Source: Candidatus Latescibacterota bacterium
GTDB taxonomy: Bacteria; Latescibacterota; UBA2968
Direction: 5' to 3'
Length of the DNA stretch: 64,000 nt
NCBI GenBank assembly: GCA_965207885.1
Contig: OZ242311.1
Span: forward strand, 4,512,001-4,576,000
The notes beneath the pieces are model-generated. The model saw nothing but the letters and a program-made list of their open reading frames with translations. It made no database searches and had not been told where the DNA came from. The translations under genes were made by a program, and so were the position numbers. Each line of letters opens with the position of its first letter. Position 1 is the first letter of the stretch. Below, piece after piece: positions 1-10,150 of the stretch.

Positions 1-255
1 GTCGATGAATTACACCGCGAGTTATACGCGCTTATAAGGCGACTATTTGAAAGTCGATTAGCCGACTATCACCGCATGACCGGCAAACTGGGATCGCTCA
101 GCCCCCTATCAGTACTCGCGCGGGGATTTGGCCTCGTACAACGCGAAGATGGTTCGGTCGTATCTGATGCCGGGATTTTGACACCCCGTGAACATCTACA
201 CATTCGGTTTGCAAAAGGCGAGGCGACCTGTCGGGTAGAAAAAATAAAAAGGTAA
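1..255 (+). CDS. xseA: Exodeoxyribonuclease VII large subunit, C-terminal part (runs off window)
   Basis: Frame 1 translates ...KLGSLSPLSVLARGFGLV...KIKR*, the XseA C-terminal motif, directly upstream of xseB. Confidence 0.9.
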   Translation, partial: VDELHRELYALIRRLFESRLADYHRMTGKLGSLSPLSVLARGFGLVQREDGSVVSDAGILTPREHLHIRFAKGEATCRVEKIKR

Positions 256-260
256 AGTCA

Positions 261-521
261 ATGGCAAAAAAAAAGATAGAAGAACCCACATTTGAAACAG
301 CTTTGAAACAATTGGAGACGGCTGTGGATCGTTTAGAAGAAGATGCACTGCCCTTGTCAGAGGCACTAAAAGTGTTTGAAGAAGGTCTAAAAGCATCCAA
401 TCAATGCCGCAGTTTATTAGAAGATGCGCGGCAACAGGTTGAAGTGCTGATACGCGATAGCGATGGTGAATTTGAATTGGTATCTATAGATTCCAACAGC
501 GAAGGGTTTGCAGACGAATGA
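261..521 (+). CDS. xseB: Exodeoxyribonuclease VII small subunit
   Basis: FETALKQLETAVDRLE...LSEALKVFEEG motif, 86 aa. Confidence 0.95.
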   Translation: MAKKKIEEPTFETALKQLETAVDRLEEDALPLSEALKVFEEGLKASNQCRSLLEDARQQVEVLIRDSDGEFELVSIDSNSEGFADE

Positions 522-1378
522 AGTCCATCGGTTTGTTTTCGAACCCGACCCAACCGGGCATGGGCGTTGCGGTCGATCAATTGGCCCAGCGCATCCATCA
601 AAGAGGCATTGGGGTACTGATCGCCGATAACTTGCGGGAAATTTGCACATCTGATTCCAAATGGTTTTGTCCGGTCAATGAGTTGCCCACACGCGCTGAC
701 ATCATTGTAGCGATGGGTGGCGATGGGACCTTGTTGCGCGCAGCCGATGTGGTTTATCCGCACAGCACGCCGATTTTAGGCGTAAACCTGGGGCGATTGG
801 GATTTTTGTCGGGCGCAGAACCCCGCGAATTGGACGATGGTCTGGATCGGTTGTTATGTGGCGATTATACCGTTGAAGAGCGGATCGCACTACACGCACA
901 AACCCGCACACAAAAAGCGTTTGCGCTCAATGAGGTCGTAATTGAACGCAGTGTCAAAGCGCGTCTGGTACAGGTCGTAATGCTGGTTGAAGGTCGGTCC
1001 GTAAGCTCCTTTTACGGCAATGGATTAATTCTGGCAACGCCGACGGGATCCACGGGTTACAGTCTGTCTTCTGGCGGCCCAATAGTACATCCAAATTTAT
1101 CTGTGCTCGTCGCCACGCCTATATGCCCGCATTCGCTATCTTTGCGTCCAATGGTGATGCCGGGCGGTCAATCGGTAACGGTTAAGGTGATAGCTGATCA
1201 GTCCGATGAAATCATGTTATCCACAGATGGACGCACAGTATGTTCGCTTTCCCCTGAAGAACCCGTTACAGTACAACGGGCCTCCGAACCCGTGCGCTTT
1301 ATCAATATGCAGGGGTTGACTTTTTACGATCTGTTGCAGCGCAAATTGGACTGGAGTCTGGATCGGCGAGACGAGTGA
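518..1378 (+). CDS. nadK: NAD kinase
   Basis: GGDGT, NE, TPTGSTGYSLSSGG motifs. Confidence 0.95.
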   Translation: MKSIGLFSNPTQPGMGVAVDQLAQRIHQRGIGVLIADNLREICTSDSKWFCPVNELPTRADIIVAMGGDGTLLRAADVVYPHSTPILGVNLGRLGFLSGAEPRELDDGLDRLLCGDYTVEERIALHAQTRTQKAFALNEVVIERSVKARLVQVVMLVEGRSVSSFYGNGLILATPTGSTGYSLSSGGPIVHPNLSVLVATPICPHSLSLRPMVMPGGQSVTVKVIADQSDEIMLSTDGRTVCSLSPEEPVTVQRASEPVRFINMQGLTFYDLLQRKLDWSLDRRDE

Positions 1379-1390
1379 AGGAGTTGTCCC

Positions 1391-3094
1391 TTGTTGTGTC
1401 AATTGCATGTGATAAATTACGCCCTGATCGACGACATGGAAGTCGCATTTGGTAAAGGGTTAAATATCATTACAGGCGAAACCGGTGCCGGAAAGTCCAT
1501 CCTGGTCGGGGCATTGGGGCTGATACTGGGTATGCGAGCAAGCCCTGATGTAATCCGCACAGGCGAAAAAAAATGTACGGTAGAAGCCATTTTTGAACTC
1601 TATCTTCAACATCCGGCTCTCAAACTCCTGAACGCCATGGGTATAGAGACAGAGGATGGCGAGTTGATTTTGCGGCGAGATGTACTATTAGAAGGGCGCA
1701 GTCGGTGCTACGCCAATGGCCTGTCTATTCCCGTGCGTACACTTCGAGAATTGGGCCGCGCGCTGGTCGATTTGCACGGCCAACACGACCATCAATCGCT
1801 TCTGAATACCGATCAGCATCTGGACTTTTTGGACGGCTTTGGCGGCTTGCACGCCGCACGCGCACAGGTCGAACAATCACATCACCAGGTAGTGCGATTG
1901 CAAAATCGGCTGATTGAAAAAACGGCTGTTGCCCAGCGCCAGCGAGAAAGGCGTGAACTACTGGACTTTCAGATCAAAGAAATCCATGCGGCAAAACCAG
2001 AGCCTGGCGAAGACGAACGCCTGCAACGCGAACAGTCCGTACTTTTACATGCAGAACGGCTACTCGAGATCGCCTATCAGATTGAACAGGTGCTTTATGA
2101 AAGTGAACAATCCGTGGCCGACCAACTCGGCGAAGGCGCGCACCTCCTGAATGAGGCCGCGCAAATGGACAGCAGTTTGGAGCCGATAGCTGAAGAACTC
2201 AATGGTCTGAGGTACGGTGCAGAGGAACTAGCTCGTGCCTTTGGCGATTACGCCAATCGCGTAGAACACAATCCCCAACGCCTATCAGAAGTAACAGAGC
2301 GATTAGAAACGCTGAACGCACTGAAAAAAAAATACGGCGGCGATCTGGAAAGCGTGCTATCTTACGAAAAAAAAGCTCAAAAAGAATTGGAACTGACCGA
2401 TGAACTCGAAGCATCTATAAAAAAAATTCAGATTAAAATTGACGATGCAATACAGACATTCGCACATTGTTGTGAGAAATTGTCAAAAGGAAGACACAAA
2501 GCCGCTGGCAAATTGTCAAAAGCGATATGCCGCGCATTGCGCGAACTGGGCATGCCCGATGTGCAGTTTGACGTACAATTGAATCGGCGTCCAGACCCCG
2601 AAGGCCTGATTGAATGCGACGGGCAGCGATTTGAAGCGGGACCACGGGGCATAGAGCGCGGCGAATTTTTTATTTCGGCCAACCCTGGCGAAGCCATTCG
2701 CCCGCTGGCAAAAGTGGCGTCGGGCGGTGAAATCTCGCGTATTATGCTGGCGATGAAAACCGTGCTGGCGCATACCGATTCGGTGCAGGTGTTAATTTTT
2801 GATGAAATCGACATCGGAATTTCCGGGCGCATTGCAGAGGTTGTGGGCAAGAAATTGCGCGAACTGTCAGAAACGTATCAAACCATTTCAATTACGCATT
2901 TGCCACAAATTGCCAAAATGGCTGATCGCCATTTTTCAGTCAGAAAAGAAGTAGTTGATCAGCGTGCAGTAACCCGGGTGATCTCGTTGGATGAAGAGGC
3001 GCGTGCTGGCGAACTCGCTTTGATGATGGGCGGCGAAGAGATTTCAGAACTGACCATGCAACACGCCCGTGAAATGCTGGCTGCAAAACCGTAA
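1391..3094 (+). CDS. recN: DNA repair protein RecN
   Basis: TGETGAGKS Walker A, ASGGEISR signature, FDEID Walker B, THLPQIA. Confidence 0.97.
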   Translation: MLCQLHVINYALIDDMEVAFGKGLNIITGETGAGKSILVGALGLILGMRASPDVIRTGEKKCTVEAIFELYLQHPALKLLNAMGIETEDGELILRRDVLLEGRSRCYANGLSIPVRTLRELGRALVDLHGQHDHQSLLNTDQHLDFLDGFGGLHAARAQVEQSHHQVVRLQNRLIEKTAVAQRQRERRELLDFQIKEIHAAKPEPGEDERLQREQSVLLHAERLLEIAYQIEQVLYESEQSVADQLGEGAHLLNEAAQMDSSLEPIAEELNGLRYGAEELARAFGDYANRVEHNPQRLSEVTERLETLNALKKKYGGDLESVLSYEKKAQKELELTDELEASIKKIQIKIDDAIQTFAHCCEKLSKGRHKAAGKLSKAICRALRELGMPDVQFDVQLNRRPDPEGLIECDGQRFEAGPRGIERGEFFISANPGEAIRPLAKVASGGEISRIMLAMKTVLAHTDSVQVLIFDEIDIGISGRIAEVVGKKLRELSETYQTISITHLPQIAKMADRHFSVRKEVVDQRAVTRVISLDEEARAGELALMMGGEEISELTMQHAREMLAAKP

Positions 3095-3114
3095 AACAGT
3101 ATAAGGAGCACAGC

Positions 3115-4262
3115 GTGAAACCGATAATTCCCGACGATCTCCGAGACATTGAAGAAAAAGTGAACCTGGGGCAACGACTTTCTGCCGAAGATGGCATGCG
3201 GCTTTACGAGACGCCCGACCTCAATGCCGTGGGATATTTGGCCAATATCTCGCGCGAACGCCTGTGTGGCAATGTAGCATGGTACGTGCGGAATCAGCAC
3301 ATCAACTATACCAACGTCTGCAACAAGCTGTGCCGGTTTTGCTCCTTTTATGTAAAGCCAAAAGACGAGCGGGGCTATGTATTATCGCCCGAAGATATAC
3401 AAAAGCGCGTATTGGAATACATCGACCTGCCCATTTCTGAAATCCACATGGTCGCGGGCATCAATCCCAACTCCCCTATTCGTACTATCTCGATATCGTG
3501 CGCGCCGTCAAAGACGTGCGTCCCGATGTGGCGATAAAAGCATTTACCGCAATTGAATGGGTGCAGATTGCGCGCATTGCAAAAAAGCCATTGAAAGATG
3601 TCATGACCGAATTAAAAGCAGCCGGCGTATCGTCAATTCCCGGCGGGGGTGCAGAAGTATTTAGCGATCGCGTACAGGAAGATTTATTCTGGACCAAAGC
3701 GGATTCCGAAGAATGGCTCGATGTAGCGCGCACGGCGCATGAAGTCGGCCTACCCACCAATGCGACGATGCTATATGGACATATCGAAAACCCAAAAGAA
3801 CGCATCGATCATCTCGTGCGATTGCGCGAATTACAGGACGAGACCGGCGGTTTTTTGACGTATATCCCCCTGTCATTTCATCCCGAACGCACAGAATTAG
3901 AGCATTTACCCGGCCCGACAGGTATCGCGGATTTAAGAGAAATTGCCGTGGGGCGATTGATGCTGGACAACTTCCTCCACATCAAAACATTCTGGATTAT
4001 GAATACCATCGAAATTTCACAGGTGGCTTTGTGGTACGGCGCAGACGATATCGACGGCACAATACAGGAATACGAAATTACGCGTCGTTCATATTCAGAG
4101 ACGCGGCAGGTACTCACGCGCAAGCAACTGGTCGAACGCGTTATAGAGTCCGGACGCGATCCCGTCGAACGAGATAATCTATACAATGTTTTATCGAGCG
4201 AGCGAGAAATTTTAGAAGAAACCCCCATCGGAATACCCGGTGAAATACCGATGATTTCGTGA
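3115..4262 (+). pseudogene. mqnE: Aminofutalosine synthase MqnE (radical SAM), split by a 1-nt frameshift near 3470
   Basis: ORF 3115-3537 has CxxxCxxC (CNKLCRFC); ORF 3498-4262 has SIPGGGAE and NATMLYGH. Adding one A at AATCCCAA|CTC restores ...GINPKLPYSYYLDIVRAVK. Confidence 0.85.
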
Positions 4263-5389
4263 ACTTCCCCATCCAAACGGAAAACGACATGATCGACGAC
4301 ATTATTGAAAAAATATATAACGACGAGCGCATTTCCACAGATGATGCCATGCGCTTGTTTGCACATCCCAATGTAACCGAATTGGGCTTATTGGCCGATG
4401 TGGTGCGGCGGCGCAAATGGCCCGAAGACACGGTGACTTATAATATCGGGCGAAATATCAATTACACGAATGTGTGCTGGGTAAGATGCGATTTCTGCGC
4501 ATTTTATCGCCCGCCGGGATCCGACGAAGGCTATACATTGCCCAGAGAACAGATCTTTGAAAAAATTGACGAACTCATTGCCGTGGGCGGCGACGTGCCA
4601 AAAGGCAGCGAAATTTTGATGCAAGGGGGCCTGAACCCAAAACTGCGCGTGGATTATTACGAAGACCTCTTTTCCTCAATACGCAATCGCTACCCACAAA
4701 TCCATCAGCACTGTTTGTCTGCCACAGAAATTATTTATATCGCGCATATCTCGCGTATGTCACTCGAAAAATGCATCCGCCGCTTACGCGATGCCGGGCT
4801 GGATTCTATCCCGGGAGCTGGTGCGGAAATTTTGTCGGATGAGGTCCGCGACATCATCGGTTTTCGCAAAGACCGCGTCCACGAATGGCTTGCGGTGCAT
4901 CGCATTGCACACGAATTGGGCATGCACACATCGGCGACCATGATGTATGGACATGTCGAGACCATTGAACAGCGAATAGAACATCTGGAACACATTCGCA
5001 ATTTGCAGGATGAGACGGGGGGGTTCACCGCATTTATCGCGTGGAATTTTCAGCCCGATTACACCGCCCTTGCCAACGACCAGGGGCGATGGAATGGCAT
5101 AAAAGCCACCGGATTTGACTATTTGCGAACCATCGCCATCGCGCGCCTATTTTTGGACAATATCAAAAGTTTTCAAGCATCGTGGGTCACGCAGGGAGCC
5201 AAGGTCGCGCAGGTCAGCTTAAAATACGGCGTAAATGATTTTGGCAGCACAATGATGGAAGAAAACGTAGTCAGTGCAGCGGGCACGAGCCATACGGATA
5301 CCATGACACTTCAAGAGATGCAACGGCTCATTCGGGATGCGGGATACGAGCCTGTAAGGCGAAATACACGATACGAGATTTTGAATTAG
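4259..5389 (+). CDS. mqnC: Cyclic dehypoxanthine futalosine synthase (radical SAM)
   Basis: RNINYTNVCWVRCDFC, ILMQGG, QASWVTQG, NDFGSTMMEENVV. Confidence 0.92.
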   Translation: MNFPIQTENDMIDDIIEKIYNDERISTDDAMRLFAHPNVTELGLLADVVRRRKWPEDTVTYNIGRNINYTNVCWVRCDFCAFYRPPGSDEGYTLPREQIFEKIDELIAVGGDVPKGSEILMQGGLNPKLRVDYYEDLFSSIRNRYPQIHQHCLSATEIIYIAHISRMSLEKCIRRLRDAGLDSIPGAGAEILSDEVRDIIGFRKDRVHEWLAVHRIAHELGMHTSATMMYGHVETIEQRIEHLEHIRNLQDETGGFTAFIAWNFQPDYTALANDQGRWNGIKATGFDYLRTIAIARLFLDNIKSFQASWVTQGAKVAQVSLKYGVNDFGSTMMEENVVSAAGTSHTDTMTLQEMQRLIRDAGYEPVRRNTRYEILN

Positions 5390-5401
5390 GGGTACGTAGC
5401 A

Positions 5402-6199
5402 ATGCGTGTGCGTTTGGGCGTGGTGTCATATTTAAACTCGCGGCCACTGGTTGAAGTGCTGCGCACGGGTGCGATTGATCGCGATTTTGAACTGATCTAC
5501 GGCGTGCCCTCGCGATGCGCCGAACGGCTGCACACCGGCGAAACCGATGTGGCATTGATCCCCGCTGTAGAAATTGGACGCGGACGTGACGCCTATCGGA
5601 TTGTGCCCAATATCGGCATTATTTCAAACGGGCCTGTTGGCAGCGTATTTATCGTGCTAAACAAAAAACCCGAAGAAATTCAAACACTGGCTCTGGATCG
5701 CGGATCGCGCACATCAGTCGTGCTGGCGCAGATCGTACTGGCGCGGCAATTTGGCTGCCAGCCAGAAGTGTTTTTTCATCCTCCAGATATAGACGCAATG
5801 CTCAAACGCGCCGATGCCGCCCTGTTGATTGGCGATCCCGCGCTGGCATTGTCCCGCAAACGCTATCGAATCCTGGACCTGGGCGAAATTTGGACGCAGA
5901 TGACAGGGTTGCCTTTCGTCTATGCCTGCTGGACCGGACGCCCCGATGCATTGGCGCCATATCACATTGACAAACTGATCGAGGCCAAAGAAAAGAGCAA
6001 GTCGCTCATCCCAAACATCGCAAAGGACTATGCCGCTGAAACCCGCACCCTATCGCCCGCATTTTATGCTGAATATCTAACCAGAAATATCCTCTACGAT
6101 TTGGGCGATACCGAACTGGAAGGCTTGAAGCGATTCTATGCTTATGGTGTAGAACTGGGATTGATGGACGCAGTGCCAGATATCCGCTTCTATGTTTAA
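5402..6199 (+). CDS. mqnA: Chorismate dehydratase (futalosine pathway)
   Basis: SYLNSRPL, SRTSVVL, LLIGDPAL, TGLPFVYACW. Confidence 0.92.
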   Translation: MRVRLGVVSYLNSRPLVEVLRTGAIDRDFELIYGVPSRCAERLHTGETDVALIPAVEIGRGRDAYRIVPNIGIISNGPVGSVFIVLNKKPEEIQTLALDRGSRTSVVLAQIVLARQFGCQPEVFFHPPDIDAMLKRADAALLIGDPALALSRKRYRILDLGEIWTQMTGLPFVYACWTGRPDALAPYHIDKLIEAKEKSKSLIPNIAKDYAAETRTLSPAFYAEYLTRNILYDLGDTELEGLKRFYAYGVELGLMDAVPDIRFYV

Positions 6200-6204
6200 A
6201 TTTG

Positions 6205-6233
6205 AAAAAATCGGCGATAGGCCGGTTTTTTTT
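6205..6233 (+). terminator. Probable intrinsic terminator after mqnA
   Basis: AAAAAATCGGC-GATAG-GCCGGTTTTTTTT hairpin plus T-run. Confidence 0.5.
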
Positions 6234-6255
6234 ATCGAAAACTGGAGAACTCGTG

Positions 6256-7506
6256 ATGCCCGAAAAAAACAAACCAATTCGCGTGGGCGTCGTCGGCGTG
6301 GGACGCGGGCGATCATTTATGCGGGCGGCAACACCGACGGGAATGGAACTCGTAGCAATTTGCGATACATGGGAAGAGCGACTAAGACCCGAAGGCAAAG
6401 AACTCGGCGTATCGACTTATGTAGATTACCATGCATTTTTGGAACACGATATGGATGCGGTGGTACTCGCCAATTATTTTCACGAACACGCGCCCTTTGC
6501 CGTTGCAGCACTGAACGCCGGAAAACACGTCATGAGCGAAACCGCTGCCTGCCATACATTGGGCGAAGGCGTCGCACTTGCGCGGGCGGTAGAGCGCAGT
6601 GGTAAAATTTATATGTTTGCCGAAAATTACCCCTACACGGCGTACAATCAGGAAATGAGGCGGCTCTACCAGAAAGGACACGTGGGAGAATTTAAATACG
6701 GAGAAGGCGAGTACGTGCATCCCGATCCACCGGAAGTAAAATTGGGGCGCAGTTGCGGGCGCAGTCACTGGCGCAACTGGATTCCCTCGACCTATTATTG
6801 CACGCATTCGATTGCACCGGTAATGTACATCACAGATACGCGCCCCGTAAAAGTGAACGGATTTGTCATACCCTACGATTTTGGCGATATGACCAAAACC
6901 CTGCACATGAACCGCGCGGATACGGCAGGCGTGATCATCTGCAGGATGGACAATGACGCCGTGATGAAATCCCTGCACGGCGCGTTGCGCGGGCACGGCA
7001 ATTACGTCAGAATACACGGCAACAAGGGCGTGATGGAAAACTGTCGAAACGGCGATAAATATCGGCTACGCATATGGAGAGAGCCGTGGGAAAAGCCAAA
7101 AGGAGAACCGGTAGAAACCGTTTACAGACCGGACTTTCCGGTACATCACGACCGCGCAACACAGGCCGGACACGGCGGCGGCGATTTCTTCACCAGTTAC
7201 CATTTCGCCGAAGCGATTCGCACGGGCGAGCAACCCTACCTCGATGTGTATCGCGGCATCGACATGAGCATCGCGGGCATCCAAGCGTGGCGATCAGCAC
7301 TCAGCGATTCGGCACCGATGGAAGTACCCAATTTTCGCGATGAATCCATAAGAAAGAAATACGAGCGCGATGATTGGTCGCCCGATCCCACGCGCAAAAA
7401 ATCGGGACAACCACCGAGCAGTATTCTGGGAGAAATCGAACCGTCCGATGGCGCCAAAGCACTGGCAAAAAAAGTTTGGGCAAGCCGAGGATACTTTGGA
7501 GAATGA
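6256..7506 (+). CDS. Gfo/Idh/MocA family oxidoreductase
   Basis: N-terminal Rossmann IRVGVVGVGRG, AGKHVMSE, GHGGGD; GGAG SD before ATG 6256. Confidence 0.85.
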   Translation: MPEKNKPIRVGVVGVGRGRSFMRAATPTGMELVAICDTWEERLRPEGKELGVSTYVDYHAFLEHDMDAVVLANYFHEHAPFAVAALNAGKHVMSETAACHTLGEGVALARAVERSGKIYMFAENYPYTAYNQEMRRLYQKGHVGEFKYGEGEYVHPDPPEVKLGRSCGRSHWRNWIPSTYYCTHSIAPVMYITDTRPVKVNGFVIPYDFGDMTKTLHMNRADTAGVIICRMDNDAVMKSLHGALRGHGNYVRIHGNKGVMENCRNGDKYRLRIWREPWEKPKGEPVETVYRPDFPVHHDRATQAGHGGGDFFTSYHFAEAIRTGEQPYLDVYRGIDMSIAGIQAWRSALSDSAPMEVPNFRDESIRKKYERDDWSPDPTRKKSGQPPSSILGEIEPSDGAKALAKKVWASRGYFGE

Positions 7507-7516
7507 GGATCTGATC

Positions 7517-7909
7517 ATGATTGAAATAGCACAAGTGGTACTGGCGATTTACGGCATATTGTTAATTGTCGGAGGAATTATTGGGAAGACGAAATCCGGG
7601 AGTTCTGCATCCCTATTCGCAGGCGCGATCTGCGGTATTGCCGCACTCATTGGATACTGGCAAAGCCTGAGCGATCCCGCCGTTGGATTTTTGACCGGTG
7701 GATTGGTCGGATTGTTGCTCACCGGCATATTTATGAGTCGATTTGTCCGCACGCGAAAATTTATGCCCGCGGGATTGGTGCTGCTGCTCAGTCTTCTGGT
7801 GGGTATTTTGACAATGATGGCGAGACAGGAATACCTGCTCAATCAGGACAAACCAGTGGAAGAACTGACAAAAAAGGGCCAGGAACAGTGTCCCTGGCCC
7901 AACGTCTGA
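7517..7909 (+). CDS. TMEM14 family membrane protein
   Basis: YGILLIVGGIIG...GSSASL...RKFMPAGL pattern, 4 hydrophobic helices. Confidence 0.8.
   Translation: MIEIAQVVLAIYGILLIVGGIIGKTKSGSSASLFAGAICGIAALIGYWQSLSDPAVGFLTGGLVGLLLTGIFMSRFVRTRKFMPAGLVLLLSLLVGILTMMARQEYLLNQDKPVEELTKKGQEQCPWPNV
7870..7900 (-). terminator. Intrinsic terminator on minus strand, overlapping the TMEM14 3' end
   Basis: GGGCCAGG...CCTGGCCC stem followed by TTTTTT on minus strand. Confidence 0.7.
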
Positions 7910-7927
7910 AGGGTCACAGCCTGAAAA

Positions 7928-7960
7928 TCAGGCGTTCACCTCCGAGTTAAAATGTTTCAC
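7928..7960 (-). CDS. Putative 10-aa micro-ORF (MKHFNSEVNA), or part of a small RNA
   Basis: AAAGGAGG SD 5 nt before GTG; own terminator downstream. Confidence 0.3.
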   Translation of the reverse strand: MKHFNSEVNA

Positions 7961-8065
7961 ATTAACCTCCTTTCGATATGCGCAATTCCGCTTCCGGAAG
8001 GCGTTTTGCGCGGTGGATGCCAATATATCAGCAAACCGCACCAACCCGTTGGCCCGGTTACATAA

Positions 8066-8087
8066 ACACCAGCATGGATGCAGTTTT
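8066..8087. repeat. 22-bp direct repeat copy 1 with GCAT-NN-ATGC palindrome
   Basis: ACACCAGCATGGATGCAGTTTT, 20/22 identical to 8787-8808. Confidence 0.75.
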
Positions 8088-8104
8088 ATCGCGTCTTTCC
8101 AACT

Positions 8105-8139
8105 AAAAACGCCTGAGCTATAACACTCAGGCGTTTTTT
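8105..8139. terminator. Intrinsic terminator (bidirectional form) of the sigma-region-4 gene
   Basis: AAAAACGCCTGAG-loop-CTCAGGCGTTTTT. Confidence 0.8.
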
Positions 8140-8512
8140 AATTTGTGATGGCAATGCCGTGTTTGCGGCAGAGCTTGCGAAGTTTTTTCACAGCACCGCC
8201 TATGGATTTTCCATTTCGCGTAATACCGAACAAGTGCTGGCTGACCACCCGGCGCGAAATACCCATAATCTCGGAGATTTCCCGCTGGGTCTTGCCGTAT
8301 TTGAAATACAAAACAGTAGCTTCAAATTGTCTTTGCGTAAGCGATTGATTTAAGAGCGTATCGATCTGTGGGATAAGACGTCTAACCCGATCTTCATATT
8401 TATAGCGCAAATTCTGGTCTTCGGGCGACTCGTACCACAGGCCAACATCATCCGGCATCATTTCCAGGTCTGATTGATCTAATTGAACTTCCCAAAAATC
8501 AGGATTATACAT
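8138..8512 (-). CDS. Stand-alone sigma-70 region 4-like HTH protein
   Basis: LTQRQFEATVLYFKYGKTQREISEIMGISRRVVSQHL HTH; only 124 aa, no region 2; GGAGG SD. Confidence 0.75.
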   Translation of the reverse strand: MYNPDFWEVQLDQSDLEMMPDDVGLWYESPEDQNLRYKYEDRVRRLIPQIDTLLNQSLTQRQFEATVLYFKYGKTQREISEIMGISRRVVSQHLFGITRNGKSIGGAVKKLRKLCRKHGIAITN

Positions 8513-8633
8513 ATGTCCGTTCGTCTCCTCCAGGGAATGAATATGTCGGGCGAAAAACCACCATACATACCAGACCCGCGGCTCCGGAGGGACGATAAAA
8601 CTGCGACGGACAGATAGTGAATGACCGAAGCAG

Positions 8634-8696
8634 CTACCTAACCGGAGGCGAACCGGGTATGTTATTTGTCGTAAATGCGAAAATTAAAGCCTCCAT
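8634..8696 (-). CDS. Putative 20-aa leader peptide MEALIFAFTTNNIPGSPPVR
   Basis: GAAAGGAGG SD 4 nt before ATG, upstream of the sigma-region-4 gene. Confidence 0.45.
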   Translation of the reverse strand: MEALIFAFTTNNIPGSPPVR

Positions 8697-8786
8697 GTTG
8701 CCTCCTTTCAAATAAATATACATAAACGATCACCCGTAAAACTGCGGGAATCTCGCTGCATTGTCAAGACATACCTCTTCGCCCTT

Positions 8787-8808
8787 ACACCGGCATGGAT
8801 GCACTTTT
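8787..8808. repeat. 22-bp direct repeat copy 2
   Basis: ACACCGGCATGGATGCACTTTT. Confidence 0.75.
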
Positions 8809-8818
8809 GGGCGCTCTA

Positions 8819-10150
8819 TCAAAAAGATTTTTTCTTTTTTAATTCATCCCACCAATCCATAAGCGCGCGAATGTGTTTTTCATAGCCGCGATCCGTGGGA
8901 TGATAATAGGTGCGGTCTCTCAAATTATCGGGAAAATACACCTGATCAATATAGCCATCCGGATCGTCATGTGCGTATTTATACCCCTTGCCGTAATCGA
9001 GATCTTTCATAAGCTTTGTCGGCGCATTGCGAATATGCAGGGGCACGGGCAGGTTCGGGTGTTTCTCAACATCGGAAAGCGCGTTATTATACGCGGCATA
9101 AACGGCATTGCTCTTGGGAGCTGTAGCGAGATAAACCGTCGCCTGAGCAATGGATAGATCGCCCTCGGGACTGCCCAGAAAATCGTACGCCTCGCGGGCA
9201 TTGAGGGCAACTTGCAAAGCGCGCGGATCAGCAGCACCCACATCTTCAGAAGCAAAACGAATCATACGCCTCAAAATATAGTGCGGATGCTCACCAGACG
9301 TCATCATACGCGCGAGCCAATACAGCGAGGCATGTGGATCGCTGCCGCGAAGGCTCTTGTGAAAAGCCGAAATGATATTGTAGTGTTCTTCCCCTGTCTT
9401 GTCGTAAAGATGAGCCTTGCGACCGAGAATTTCGCGCACCGTTTCGGGCGTAGGGTCGCAACCCGTAGCTTCAACAGCCGCAGCAACCGTTTCAAGCGCG
9501 TTCAGAGACCGACGGGCATCGCCCTCCGCAGTTTCGGCGACGAGATCTAAAGCCTGGTCCTGAATCTGAAAATCGGGAAAGCCGTGTTCCGAATCGGCAA
9601 TTGCGCGGTCCAGCACCTGGCGAATATGGGACGTATCGAGCAAATTGAGCACAAAAACGCGCGTGCGTGAAAGCAGGGCTGAATTAACCTCAAAAGAAGG
9701 ATTCTCAGTAGTGGCACCAATAAGCGTAATAACACCATTCTCCACATGGGGCAGAAAAGCATCTTGTTGCGCCTTGTTAAAACGGTGAATCTCATCCACA
9801 AAAAAGATGGTACGCCTGCCCAAACGTCTCTCTTCTCGCGCCCGCGCAATAATCTCTCGCGCCTCCCGGATACCCGCGGTAACCGCGCTAAAAGACACAA
9901 ATCGGCTCTCCGTCGTACCCGCAATAACCCGAGCCAGCGTTGTCTTGCCCGAACCCGGTGGTCCCCAGAAAATCATGGACGGCAAGCGGTCGCTCTCGAT
10001 AAGCACCCGAAGGGGCGCACCTGGCCCAACGAGATGATCCTGCCCCACAATATCGTCCAGCACCTGGGGACGCAGGCGTTCGGCCAGAGGCGCGTTTGCC
10101 ATCTCCTGCTCGGCTTGCGACACGGGTTTTAAAAAAAGGTCTTCATTCAT
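8819..10150 (-). CDS. rarA: Replication-associated recombination protein A (MgsA)
   Basis: [41 protein letters not shown]; GAGGTG SD before MNEDL. Confidence 0.95.
   Translation of the reverse strand: MNEDLFLKPVSQAEQEMANAPLAERLRPQVLDDIVGQDHLVGPGAPLRVLIESDRLPSMIFWGPPGSGKTTLARVIAGTTESRFVSFSAVTAGIREAREIIARAREERRLGRRTIFFVDEIHRFNKAQQDAFLPHVENGVITLIGATTENPSFEVNSALLSRTRVFVLNLLDTSHIRQVLDRAIADSEHGFPDFQIQDQALDLVAETAEGDARRSLNALETVAAAVEATGCDPTPETVREILGRKAHLYDKTGEEHYNIISAFHKSLRGSDPHASLYWLARMMTSGEHPHYILRRMIRFASEDVGAADPRALQVALNAREAYDFLGSPEGDLSIAQATVYLATAPKSNAVYAAYNNALSDVEKHPNLPVPLHIRNAPTKLMKDLDYGKGYKYAHDDPDGYIDQVYFPDNLRDRTYYHPTDRGYEKHIRALMDWWDELKKKKSF

Noticed and set aside
7870-8060. tmRNA, 6S or SRP RNA
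   Set aside because: No tRNA-like ends, no ALAA-type tag, no recognisable conserved motifs
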